Source of the DNA: Mobula hypostoma
Taxonomy: Eukaryota
Direction: 5' to 3'
Assembly (NCBI RefSeq): GCF_963921235.1
Contig: NC_086097.1
Span: forward strand, 183,956,001 to 184,020,000
Length of the DNA stretch: 64,000 nucleotides
Positions 40,278 to 52,500 of the stretch are shown here, piece after piece. Within the stretch, counting starts at the first letter, position 1. Every line of letters starts with the position of its first letter. The position numbers and the translations under genes are program-made. Under the pieces are notes generated by a model. That model was not told where the DNA came from. It searched no databases and was given only the letters and a program-made list of their open reading frames with translations.

Positions 40278-40313
40278 AGTCCTGACGAAGGGTCTCGGCC
40301 TGAAACGTCGACT
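40278..40313 (+). ncRNA. Minimal type I hammerhead ribozyme motif (Penelope-associated)
   Basis: AGUC-CUGACGA-AGG-gucucgg-CCU-GAAA-CG-UC-GACU: core boxes, 3-bp stem II, stem I AGUC/GACU and a palindromic ACGU in place of stem III. Confidence 0.75.
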
Positions 40314-40875
40314 GCGCCTCTTCCTAGAGATGCTGCCTGGCCTGCTGCGTTCATGAAGAACAGCAGTGCAGTCCAACAAGGGTTTTCAAAATTATAATAG
40401 CTTACTGCATCTTGTTTTGTTTATGACATAGTAATGTTTCATCCGGAGAATAAACAGCATGATGAATTAAAAAGAAGAGGGAATAAAGGTGGACTGAGAT
40501 ATTTATTGGCCTATTGACAGAGAAATGAAGCAACAACTCAATATAAAAAAAAATTGATTGGGCGATTTAAAATCCTAGCTTTGGCCCCACGTCTGAATTA
40601 GGATGCTACATCAAGGCAGCCATTCTAAATTCTGTCATCTCAGCAATAAAAAATATCCTGAAGTAGGCTTCAACCTGAAACATCAACGATGCTGCTCATC
40701 TCTCTGAGTTGGCCCAGCAGGTTGTTTATTGCTCCAGATACCAGCAGTTGTGTTGGCAATATAAAAAAAATACATGTTCACATTTCTTCAGCTCAGAGAA
40801 TTGCCTTGCATGGATTTCAAAATATAAATTCTGAAGTGTACGTAAACAATATATCCTTACTCCTTGATAAAGCAT

Positions 40876-43800
40876 TGTGGCGAGCATTTGGTCAATGATG
40901 TCAGACGAGAAAAGCTAGTTTAGCTCAACTACTGGTTTTATTGTGATAAACACAAAAACAGACTGGGCTCTATGACCTGGGGAGAGAACAACTCAGACTC
41001 GTACAGACGGGAGAGGTGATTATCACACACCCCAGTTACAGTCAGAGTGATCCACAAACACACAGATGAATAACTGCATAACCCATCACCACCTTCTCAA
41101 GGGTAACTAGGGATGGGCAATAAATGCTGGTTTAGCTGGTGATGCCCACATCCTGTAAATGAATAAATTTTAAAAAACCCAAGCTAAAGTGTAACAATAA
41201 TTGAAATTGAACATCCCACCATAATCCCACAAATGCATTTTAAAACAGGAACAAGAAATAGTGCTGTCCACTAGGGGTCCAGGGGCAGGTTGTTGACTAC
41301 ACCCCCTGCAGCGCCGCACTATCCCACCTGAGGGGTCAACTATCCCCAACAATCCCAAAGTCCAAATGTCCTGGAAGTGGTCGCCTGGGTGCTGAGGGGT
41401 GTCTGTAGCCTCCTCATGGGAGGCACTGTTTGGTGAGGCAAGAGGCAGGGCACCCAGAATGTCACCTCCTTCCTTCAGCCGTGCCAGGTAGATTGTGGCC
41501 GAGGGCTGATACGGTGCCAGCCAGGGCCAATGCAACACGACTGCCTTCTGCCGCTCAGGCATTGCACCCAGTATTCCACATCGGAGATGTGGTTGAGCAC
41601 CTCTCCCAGCCCTTTCCAGCAGCTCCAGGCTTAGGGGATAGTCCCTTCTTTTCAGTGGAGCAGTAGGCCCATACTGAGGCCCCCATCGGGTACTGGTGCA
41701 TTAGCGCCCTAGACTAGCGGCCCGGCCCCTTTTGGGACGTGCAAGCATCACGGCAGTGCACGAACAGCTCCACATCCTGCCTGCACGCAGGCATATAGAA
41801 ACGTTCGCGACCCCGAAATGGCTGGCCCATACCAGCCCATGCACTGACTGCAACACTAACGCTGTGGTGGGGACCCCCCAGGGGCCCGCCAGCTGCAAAA
41901 GATGTCTGTTGTTGTGGGAAAACGGCCACTGCCGACCAGAACAGCAGCCCGCCACACATCTCCAGTGTGCCCCACCGAGACCGTAGGGCTTCGGTCTCTG
42001 GTTCCAGGCCCACTCCGGCCGCCGTCCCATGGTTAGCCATCCCCTCACCCGAGCCAGCGCGGGATCGCTTACCTGCTCGCTGGGCAGCTGCTGGTCAATG
42101 ATGGGGAGGTCTACTTCGCTGCTGGCTGCCACCTGAAGCGCTACCACCGCCACTGCTTGCTGCTGGTTCCACTATGTTGCAGTGGGCCGCTGTGGGGTGT
42201 GCTGCATTGCAACGGCCCGCTGCAGGACTGGGGGCGGCTCTTGCTGCTCCCCTCCCCACCCCCCACCCCTGTCAGGTCCACTTTCAGGAGCTGCCCCACC
42301 GGAGAGCCACGGCTTCAGAGCCGGGGTAGAGTGTTGCTACAAGCAGATCCAAACGGGCCCCTCAGTGGGAAAGCAGGGCCAGGTCAATGATGCAGGACTC
42401 CTGGATGTCAGCTAACCACACTTGGTGCTCCACTGCATTTTCCCCCATTGCGATGTGCAGCCTCCTCTTCCCTCGTATCGCCGCACGGTCACCAGTGACT
42501 GTAGCCAGCCAGGCTGTCACTGTCCACCCAGGCGGAAATGCCTGGTGCGTGTTGGGGAGAACACCAGGACAGATGATAGTGATGGTCCACCAACGCATGG
42601 CATCCGATGCCCGCCACCATGCAGTCCACGTATAAGCCTTGCTCTCCACCCAAGCGGCCCACCCGGAGGGGCGACAACAGAGGGCTTCTGGTGGAGGACT
42701 CGTGTGGCACTGCGTTGCCCAGTGGCTGTGCTGAACTGTGGCGTGGTGCCGACGCAGGGCAGTCGCGGGCCAAATGACCGGTGGCAGAGATTGGTCTGTG
42801 GCACACACTGGGGCCAGCGCAGTGTTGGTCAGACCTGTCTGACGGGCTCTTCCTCATCAGTTTCCTCCTCCTCCTCCTCAGTGACACAAGCCCGGGTTTG
42901 TGGCATGCAGGGCGATGCTGAAATGTCCTGGGGACTGAACTGCTTCTGCCCTCTCCATCTCGGCAGCGTCTTGGCCAGCAATGACGGTGATGTCAGGTGA
43001 ACATGCTGTCGAAGGGCCTCTGGCGGAAGCACCTTTACAAAGGCGTGGAGGGAAAGCTCTTCCTGGGCCGTGGGAGGGAATTGGGAGTTGTCATGCCAAG
43101 GGAAGTGGCAGTGGCAGAGATCTGCTGCAAACACCCGCAGGCTTTCTCCTACAAGGTGCTACTTGCTGCCTATTTCTTCGCTCATTGCTTCCTCTGATGG
43201 GCTCTGCTCAAAACGTCGCTCCAGTGGGGCTACGAGGGCCCTGAGTCACGCTGCTCAGCCGGCATTAAGTCGAGGAAGGTCAGCAGGGCATCTCCTCCAG
43301 TGCCAGGGCAAGGGACACCGCTGTCTCAGAGGGCTCCACCTGTTGTTGTATGTGGGAAGTTTGACTTGCACTGGATAAGGCTCCAGGTGGCTGGTATCAT
43401 TGTATCTGGGAGCTGCAGAGTGGATGATGTGGCATGAATTGCTGAGGCCCGTTGATCTTCCTCTTTCTCTAGTGGCATCGGAGGTCCCTGCCATGTTGCT
43501 CGTCCTCCCATGGCTGCGGCATCTTGGGTTCCCCGGTGCAGGCCACGAGGAAGGCAGGTGATGTGCTCTGCCATTTCCCCCAGGTTGGGGAGCCTGGGTA
43601 CACTTGCCTTATTGGGGTTCCCTGGAAAGGCAAGATGCTCGGTTCCCAGGTGCTCCCTCCGGGTGGAATTCCCATCTTCCGGATCTGGGCCTGGGAGTGC
43701 AGGGGAGGCATACTGCTCAGACTGTCCACTTATTCCCCGGGACTTAATGTGCTCCATCTGCATCCGACATTATAGCTCTTCAATCTCGTCATCAATTTCT

Positions 43801-44012
43801 AACCCCACTCCTGACACCAATGTGGTGAGCATTTGGTCAATGATGACAGACTTGAGAAGCTAGTTTAGCTCAACTGCCGGTTTTATTAACCAGGCTAAAC
43901 TGTAATAATAGATGAACTTGAACATCCCACCATAATCCCACAAAAGCATTTTAAAATAAGAACAATAAATAACATTGGCCACTAGGAATGCTGGGGTTAG
44001 CTGTCAACTACG
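40876..44012 (-). mobile_element. Gypsy-type LTR retrotransposon, internally deleted and decayed
   Basis: Direct repeats 40876-41301 and 43821-44012. On the minus strand: gag-like, zinc knuckle (GHLARDCP), protease (GLYVDC...HALVD, WLADIQESCII) and integrase zinc-finger-like (HFG...QDVELFVHCRDAC) remnants; short G-run PPT at 41302-41306. Confidence 0.88.
43801..43819 (-). promoter_or_regulatory. Primer-binding site complementary to tRNA-Leu
   Basis: TGGTGTCAGGAGTGGGGTT lies 1 nt inside the 5' LTR; close to the known tRNA-Leu PBS TGGTGTCAGGAGTGGGAT. Confidence 0.8.
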
Positions 44013-46814
44013 CCCCCAGAGTACCATGATATTTCCTAGTAATTTCAAAAGCTGAATTACTTCAGTTTGCCAATTATCCAGATAGGCTTTAATTTCTTCA
44101 CCAGTTTTAATGATTGAGCATTTCATAGGCAAAGTTGATTTTGCCAATTGTGTACTTTAACACATTTTCTTCGAGTTTTCTTATGCTTTTCAAGTCTTTC
44201 TAAGATGCATGGAGCTCCTATCAATAATTACGCATGTGAAAATGAGTGAGTGGGGTAAAAGACACCGCTTTCTAGGTAACAGCTGTTAATGGGGTATGAC
44301 TGAACACTATCACTTTTCAGAAAAGTGCAGGTCACCTGTGATTATTGTTTCAGCTTTTCAGTTTCTGCCCTGTCTTGACCTACTGTGGTTGGGATCAAAC
44401 TTTGTAAGCACTGCTGGAACAATTAAACAAATGGAGAATAATCAATCAGACATTTCCATTATGGCTTATTAATCATGGAAGGACTTTAGAGAGCTAGCGC
44501 TTTTTCTCTTCTATGAGAAGAGGAATTCTCAGAATCCTTGTAAATATTTAATAGTATATATAGCTGTCAACTGTTCTGTCATAAAATAAAATTCAAATTA
44601 GGAACCTACTTATACAGTAAGTACCTGCCAATTTTTAACTAACTTTGATTTGGAATAATCTAAAGCAAAGCCATTGAATATGTTACTTCCCTAATATTCT
44701 GTCAAAATGAACAAATTGGCAACAAGTAATCTATTTGTAATGCTTGAGTTCTACCTCACAGATAAAAATCAACGTCCCAGGCAACTTCTTAAGCAGTACA
44801 ACTTACATGAAGAATTATAACGACATACCAAGATGTTTTGTTAAATTTGGAAACAATCTTCTCCTTTTTAATTCTATCACTCCTCCTCCATAAGCAATCT
44901 GTTCCTGATGCAACATCTCAACCCAAGTCATCAGAGTTCATTTCCCCCCACCCGCCCCCCAGTACTGTCTGACATGTCGAGTTCCTCCTGTGGTTTGTTT
45001 CAGCAGTCTGTTCATTTAACATTGACGTTCTGAACCAAATACAGTACCTGATTCTAAAAATATATACTTATCAAAGAATCAAGGCTACTAATTCTTAACT
45101 CATCAAACATTTTTGTGCCTATTTAATCACAGCTAGAACATCAGATAGGCATTTCAGGTCATTATACTAGAATATATGTTGCACTTGAAGCTAATATGTT
45201 ATTTATAATACAGATATTTCAGTTTCAACTCCAACAAATATCTAACAAACATAACAAAGATGTTGCGTATTTTGAATCCTCACAACAGGATTTGAGAAGT
45301 ACAGATGACACGTAGCTGAGGATAAAGTAAGCAACAAACAGATGGACAGAGTGCAGTTCATTTGATCTGTCTCTGTTAGGAAGGAAGTAATCGTCTTCTA
45401 ACCTAGAGAAAATAAAGAGCTACCAAAGGACAAACTAATTAAACTTTGCTGGTTAGAACACATTATGACGCCATTTGTGCAGTATAACATGAGCACTAGT
45501 CCTCGCAGCCTTTGTTCTCGGTAAATTTTAAATCTACTATATGTAACAGGCGGTGCAGATGGATGACATCTCTATTGTAAAGACCTGAAACCAAATGAGT
45601 TATTTTGTTGGTGCATCAGCTTTTTGGAACATTTGTTCAGGACTTTGCAATTAAAGATTGTTTGATTTGCAGCATTTGAAATATCCTGCATTAAATTAAG
45701 TCAGACATTTTACTATAAACAACCACAAACAAAAAATGCAGCATCATAAGTGATATAAATTGAGCTGCAAGATATAGATTAATTAATTTTCTATCATTTT
45801 CAATCTATTTTTCATAATATACAGTATTCTGTAGCGCACATATATTGTCAATTACTGACTTAAGTAATCAAAATCATAATGCATTAACCCAATTATTTGA
45901 TGTTTTTATATTGAAATATGTGCTTCTCTTATAGTCAAGGACAAAGAAAATAAAATCTTAAATTATTATCATAAATATAAATTCAACTTATCAAAGTATT
46001 AATGTAAATGAAAAGTTATCAGTTTATAAGATGATATTGTTCTGCCTGAAACCCTATTCCTTCCTTGTTGTCATTTCTCACCTCACTACATTCCAAGTTA
46101 ACAAATTTAAGATAACCACTTGGAATATAGCACACACCATAGTCTTGTTACTGCAGCATTCTCCTTCTGATCTTTTACTCAGTCTTTGCTGTATTAAATT
46201 AGGTTGCTTTGGGGTTGCAGGTTAATGTCAACATACCCAACAGAGAACCTTACATTCACTGCACAAAGTGGCAGCAAATGTAAACCACTGAATTCTTTAG
46301 CCTGGGTAATAAACCTTGCTTTTTCCCAAATTGTATGATCAATATTTGCAGTTCTTTCAGTAAACAACACTCAACTGTAACCTTTAGTGTTAATACTATT
46401 TTCCATCGTATGCCTTGTTACAATTGCAAACAAGACAACTGACACACTTGATGTGTGTAACTACCATAAATGTAGCAAAGAGCCAGAGTTTCTGCTCTTG
46501 ATTGCTATGCAGTGATCTGCAGAAAGATATTAATGCACAAAGGATCAGAACAGTTTTGGAGTTCTTTGCTGAAATGGTATCAATTCACAGCCTCATAAAC
46601 ACCAGGACTTCTACACAAAATCCAGACTTTGCTGACTATGCCCAGACAATTCCCCAATGTACAGCACCACTAGCCTTCATGTGGAAGATCATTTATTGGA
46701 CTTTTCTAATTTAAAGTTTGATTCATGTTCTTAAGGGATTTTTAAGGGAGTTACATGATAAAAGTAGCAATTTTAATAGTATTTGCATATTTTTGAATGT
46801 CCAAAAAACTCTGA

Positions 46815-48965
46815 GACAAAGCAGCAGAAATAGACCATAAGAGATAGAAGCAGAAATATTGCTAATCTCATAAAGCCATAAGATATAGGAGCAGAATTAG
46901 GCCATTCAGCCCATCAAGTCTGCTCTGCCATTTGATTATACCTGATCCATTTCCCTCTCAGCCTCAATCTCCTGTCTTCTCCCCATATCTCTTCATGCCC
47001 TGACGAACCATGAATCTATATTAACTTCCGCCTTAAATGTACTCAATGACTAGGACCCCCCTCCATAGCAAATATCCTCTCCACATCCACTCTATTGAGG
47101 CTTTTTAACCTTCGATAGGTTTCAATGAGATCCCCCTCATTCTTCTCAATTCCAGTGAGTACAGGCTCAGAGCCATCAATCAGTCCTCATAGAGTAACCC
47201 CTTCATTCCCAGAATCATTTTTGTGAACTTCCTCTGAACCATGTCCAATGTCAGCATATCCTTTCTTACGTATGGGACCAAAACAGCTCTCAATACTCCA
47301 AGTGAGGCTTTATCAGTGCCTTATAAAGCTTCAACATTACATCTTTGCTTTTATATTCTAATCCTCTAGAAACAAATGCTAACATCGCCTTCTTCACCAC
47401 CGACTCAACCTGGAAATTAACCTTCATGGAATCCTGCAGGAGGACTCCCAAGTCCCATTGCACCTCAGGTTTTCTCCCACCTTCTCCTTGTAACTTTTGA
47501 ATCCCTTACTAATCAAGAACCTGTCAACTTCTGCTTTAAATGCATCCAACGTCCTGCTGTCCACTGACATCTGTGGCAATAAATTCCACAGATTCACCAC
47601 CTTCTGGCTAAAGACGTTCCTCCTCATCTCTGTTCTAAAAGGACATCCTTTTATTCTGAAGCTGTTCTCCTGGTCCTAGATGCCCCCCACTATTGAAAAC
47701 ATTTCTCTTCACGTCCACTCTATCTAGGCTTTTCAATATTCACTAGGTTTCAATGAGATCTCCCCTCATTCTTCCAAACTCCAGCGAGTACAGGAAATTC
47801 TGGAAAGTACAGGAATGCTCCAGAAAATTCTGGCAATTCTGGGCAATGTTTCTCATCCTCTGCATGCCATCTTGGCTGAAGAGAGGAGCAATTTCAGTGA
47901 TAGACTAAGAACAACTGTACTGCTCCAAAGAGCACTCTATGAGGTCATTCTTATCCTCGGCCATTAGGCTCTATAATTAGTCGACCTATAGCCAGGGAAG
48001 TGATGACTCCTTCCTGTTAGACTGTTATTAACCTCTGTTTACTAGATCTTTGCTTAGCTCTGTTTACCACACCCTGCTATCGCAGACACTCTAGTACTGT
48101 GCAATACTACCATCGCTTCTTATCTGGACGGTATGAATATGCACCCATTATTATGGTAATTCTTGCACTACCACCTTATTAGTGTGAAATTGGAAATCTT
48201 GTAAATCTTGTCATCTTTGACGTAAATTTTGTACATCTTATTTTTAAGGTAACTTTTTTATTCTTTTTTACTTCTAATATTTGTATATCTGTGCACTTGC
48301 AATGTTACTGTGACACTGTAATTTCCTTTGGGATCAATAAAGTATCTATCTGTCTAACTACTGGCCTAGAGCCATTAAATGCTCCTTGTACTTTAGCCCT
48401 TTGATTCCCAGGATCATTCTCATAAACCCTCTCTGGAGCTTCTCCAATGTCAGCACATCCTTTCCTAGATATGGTGCCCAAAACTGCCCAAAATACTCAA
48501 AATGTGGTCTGAACAATGCCTTATAAAGTTTCTGTGTACTACAACCATGCTCTTATATTCTCATCATCTCAAAAAGAATGCTAGCATTGCATTTGTCTTT
48601 CTTACACCTGACTCAACCTAAAAGTTCACCTTTAGGGAATCCTCCACTCGACTCCGAATTCCCCTAGTGCACCTGATTTTTGAATTCTTTCCCCACTGAG
48701 AAAGTAGTCTATATTTATTCTACTAAAGTGCATGACTGTACACTTCCCACACTGTATTTCACCTGCCACTTCTTTGCCCATTTCTCCGGCTGTCCCAGTC
48801 CTTCTGCATTCCCCCTGCTTTTTCAGCATGACCTGTCTCTCCACCTATTTTTATATAATCTGCAGACATGGACATAAAGCCATCAACTCCATCATCCAGA
48901 TGACTAACATACAATGTGAAATGAAGCAGACCCAATGGGATATCACTAGGTACTGCAGCCAAGCC
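46815..48965 (-). mobile_element. Cluster of CR1 3' fragments with stacked tails
   Basis: Repeated gagcagaa...ccataagagatag tails at 46815-46900; RT C-terminal motifs in ORFs 47424..47627 and 48759..48962. Confidence 0.85.
47795..48358 (+). mobile_element. Rex1/Babar-type 3' end inserted in CR1
   Basis: Encodes an NVSHPLH...SFLSSAIRLYN-like end; terminates gggatcaataaagtatctatctgtcta. Confidence 0.8.
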
Positions 48966-48984
48966 ACACTCTTTGCCTGTAGGT

Positions 48985-49372
48985 GAGGTTTCCTTACCCC
49001 ACCTCCACTCTCTCCTTCTATGATAATACGTTGTGCACGTATCTGCCCTCGCTCAGGACATCTCAATTATTCTCCACTTCCCGTTCCTTTTGACTTCTAT
49101 CATTTGCAGCCCTTTGTTTCCTCCAACTATCAACTCCCATCATCTGTTGCTATTTCCCCCATCTGGCAGGTACCTCTTTGCTCCTGGATTATCTATTGCT
49201 TGGCAACTCCTGGTCTCCCTTTCTCTGCAGCTCTTTGTACTGGCCACTTTCCCTCTAGTCTTTGGGACTGATGAAGATTTTTGAGCCAAGGCATTGATGG
49301 TCTATTTCCCAGCAGATTATTCTTATTTTTCTTGCCTCAGGTTCCAGCACCCGCAGTCTCCTGTGTCTCTAG
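48985..49372 (+). mobile_element. Decayed Penelope 3' region
   Basis: Pyrimidine-rich tract, then ctgatgaag (hammerhead core remnant) and ttccagcacccgcagtctcctgtgtct, resembling the Penelope terminus. Confidence 0.55.
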
Positions 49373-49539
49373 ATCTTGAGCCACAAGTCAAGACCGGTGG
49401 GTCTGGAGCAGGTAAGCTTGCAACTGGGAAACATGTCAGTAGCAAATGCAAACAACCCTTTGCAGCCCGCAAGGACTAACAGATTTTGTTGCTACAGAAG
49501 ATGTCAATAGTCCTTGTCCATGCAGTCAGATAAACGGTC

Positions 49540-52500
49540 ACCTGAGCAAAGGTTTCATAGGATTCCATAGTTAGAGGAACAGACAAGAGATTCTGTAGAG
49601 GTGAAAGCGACATCTGGATGGTATGTTGCCTCATAGGTGCCAGGGCCAGGGATGTCTCACATTGGGTCCATAGCATTCTAAAGGGGGAAAGTGAGCAGCT
49701 GGAAGTTCTGGTACATATTTGTACCAATGACATAGATAGCAAAAGGGAGGTGGTCCTGAAGATAGAATTTAGGGAGCTGAGTGGAAAGCCGAAAAGCAAA
49801 ACCTCCAGGGTGGCAATTTCTGGATTGCTGCCTGAGTCATGCTCCAGTGAGGGTAAGAACAGGATGATTTGACAGATGAATGTATGACTGAGAAATTGAT
49901 GCAGGGGGCAGGGTCTTAGATTTAGACCATATGACAAAAGAGCAGAATTAGGCCATCTGGCCCATCAAGTCTGCTCTACTATTCAATCATGGCTGATTCT
50001 TTTTTTCTCCTCCTCAACCCCAGTTCCCAGTCTTCTCCCTGTAACCTTTGATGCCATGTCTAATCAAGAACCTATCAATCTCTGCCTTAAATACACCCAA
50101 CGACCTTTGATATTTCTGGATCATTGAGATCTCTTCTGGGGAAGGTCCAGTATGACCTATTTTTAAAAAAAAGGATACACCTGAACTCAAGGGGGACTAA
50201 TATCCTTGCAAGCAGGCTTGTTAGAGATGTTGGGGAGGGTTTAAACTAATTTGGCAGGGGAATGGGAACCTGAGGATGGGGGAATTGGTAGATGCTCTGT
50301 GTAGTGAAAGTATCAGAAAGAACAGGCCGATGATAGGGCAAAATCACAATCAGTGGGATGAGTTGAAGTGTAACATGGGGGCAAAATCAAAAAGGGTGAT
50401 GACTACAGAACTAGAGGTGTTATATTTCAATGCATGCAATATAAGGAATAAGGTGAATGATCTTACAGTGCAGTTAGAGATTGGCAGATATGACATTGTG
50501 GGCATCACTGAGTCATGGCTGAAAGAAGATTATAGTTGTGAGCTTAATATCCAAGGTTACACATTGTATCGAAAGGACAGGCAGGTATGCAGTGGAGATG
50601 GTGTGGCTCTGTTGGTAAAAAATTATATCAAATCTATAGAAAGAAGTGACATACATAGGATGGAAGATCTAGATTAATTGTGCATAGAGTTAAAGAACTG
50701 CAAGGGTAAAAAGACCCTAAATGGAGTTATACAGGCCTCTAAACAGTAGCTAAGACGTGGGCTACAAATTACAATGGGATATAGAAAATGCATGTAAAAA
50801 GGGCAATGTTATAATAGTCGCAAGGAATTTCACAATGCAGGTAGATTGGGAAAATCAGGCTGGTGCAGATGTTGGATCCCAAGAGATAGAATTTGTAGAA
50901 TATCTACAAGATGGCTCTTCAGAGTAGCTGGTGGTAGATCCCACTAGAGAATCAGCTATTCTGGATTGGGTGTTGTGCAATGAACTGGATTGATTAGTGA
51001 GTTTAAGGTAAATGAATGCTTAGGAGGCAGTGATTATAAATTGATAGAATTCACTCCAGAATTCACGAGGGAGAAGCTAAAGTCAGATGTACCAGTATTA
51101 GTGTGGAGTAAAGGGAATTATAGAGGCATAAAGAGGAGCTGACCAAAGTAAACAGGTATGAGTTTATGGGCATCACTCACTCATGGCAGAAAGAAAACCA
51201 TAATTATGTGCTTAATACTGTGTACGAGGAGTGATTGATAAGTTCATGGCCTAAGGTAGAAGGAGTCAATTTTAGAAAACCTAGCACGTGTATTTTTAAA
51301 CATAGTCCTCTCCTACATGTACACACTTAGTCCAGCATTCGTGGAGCATATGGATCCCTTCTTTGTAGAAGTGGCCCACAGCAGGGGTGATTGATACGTT
51401 CGTGGCCTAAGGTAGAAGGAGATAAGTTATACAGCTCTCATTACATGCGCATGCAGTTCAACTCTTTGAGTGAAAATGCAGAAAGTTTGAAGTTAATAAC
51501 ACATCTCCTTCTATCTGAGCCATGAACTTATCAATCACCCCTACTATGGACCACCTCTGGAAGTCCGAGACGCCAGCTTCTACAAAGAAGGGATCCGTAT
51601 GCTCCACGACCGCTGGACTAAGTGTGTAAATGCAGGAAAAATAAATGTACTAGGTTTTCTAAAATTGACTCCTTCTACCTTAGGTCACGAACGTATCAAT
51701 CACCCCTCGTACAAGAATATACATTGTATTAAAAGGACAGGCAGAGGAGGTGGGCGTGGCTCTGTTGTTATGAAGTCATGAAATGAAATCAAATTCTTAG
51801 AAAGAGGTGACATAGAATCCGAAGATGTAAGTTACAATAGGAGGTAGAAAGGCATGGGAAAAGGGCAATGTTATAATAGTCATGGGTATTTAAATATGCA
51901 GGAAAATCAGATTGTTGCTGGATTTCAAAAGAGAGAATTTGTAGAATGCATATGAGATGTCTTTTTAGAGCAGCATGTGATTCCCCTAGCGATTGAGCCC
52001 ACTAGGGGAAATATAATTCTGGATTGTGTGTTGTGTAATTAACTGGATTTGATTAGGGAACCTAAGGTAAAAGAACCCTTAGGAGACAGTGATCATAATG
52101 TGATAGACTACACTGCAGTTTGAGAGGGAGAACTTAAAGTCAGAAGTATCAATATTAGAGTAGTGTAAAGGGAATTACAGAGGCATAAGAGAGGAGCTGG
52201 TCAAAGTTGATTGGAAGGGGTCACTAGGAGGGACAGTGATGGATCAGCAATGGCTGGAATTTGTAGGAGTAATTCAGAAGGTGCAGGATCGATAGATTCC
52301 AAAGATGAAGAAGGATTTCAAAGGGTGGATGATGCAACTAAGGCTGACAAGGGAAGTTAAAGACAGTATAAAACCAAAAGAGAGGGCATATAATATAGCA
52401 ACAAATAGCTGGAAATTATTGGGAAGCTTTTAGAAACCAACAGAAGGCAACTAAAAAAACATAATGAGAGAAAAGATAAAATATGAAGGTACACTAGCCA

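Larger units (their letters stand above)
38943..40352. mobile_element. Penelope-like element, 5'-truncated, arranged as a large inverted repeat with 14-bp TSD
   Basis: Arms 38999-39645 and 39709-40353 are near-identical reverse complements; perfect TSD atgaagaacagcag (38929-38942 / 40353-40366); GIY-YIG endonuclease frame. Confidence 0.95.

Noticed and set aside
41170..43863. Dense overlapping GC-rich ORFs as a host gene or CpG-island promoter
   Set aside because: They lie between two LTRs and carry gag, protease and integrase remnants.
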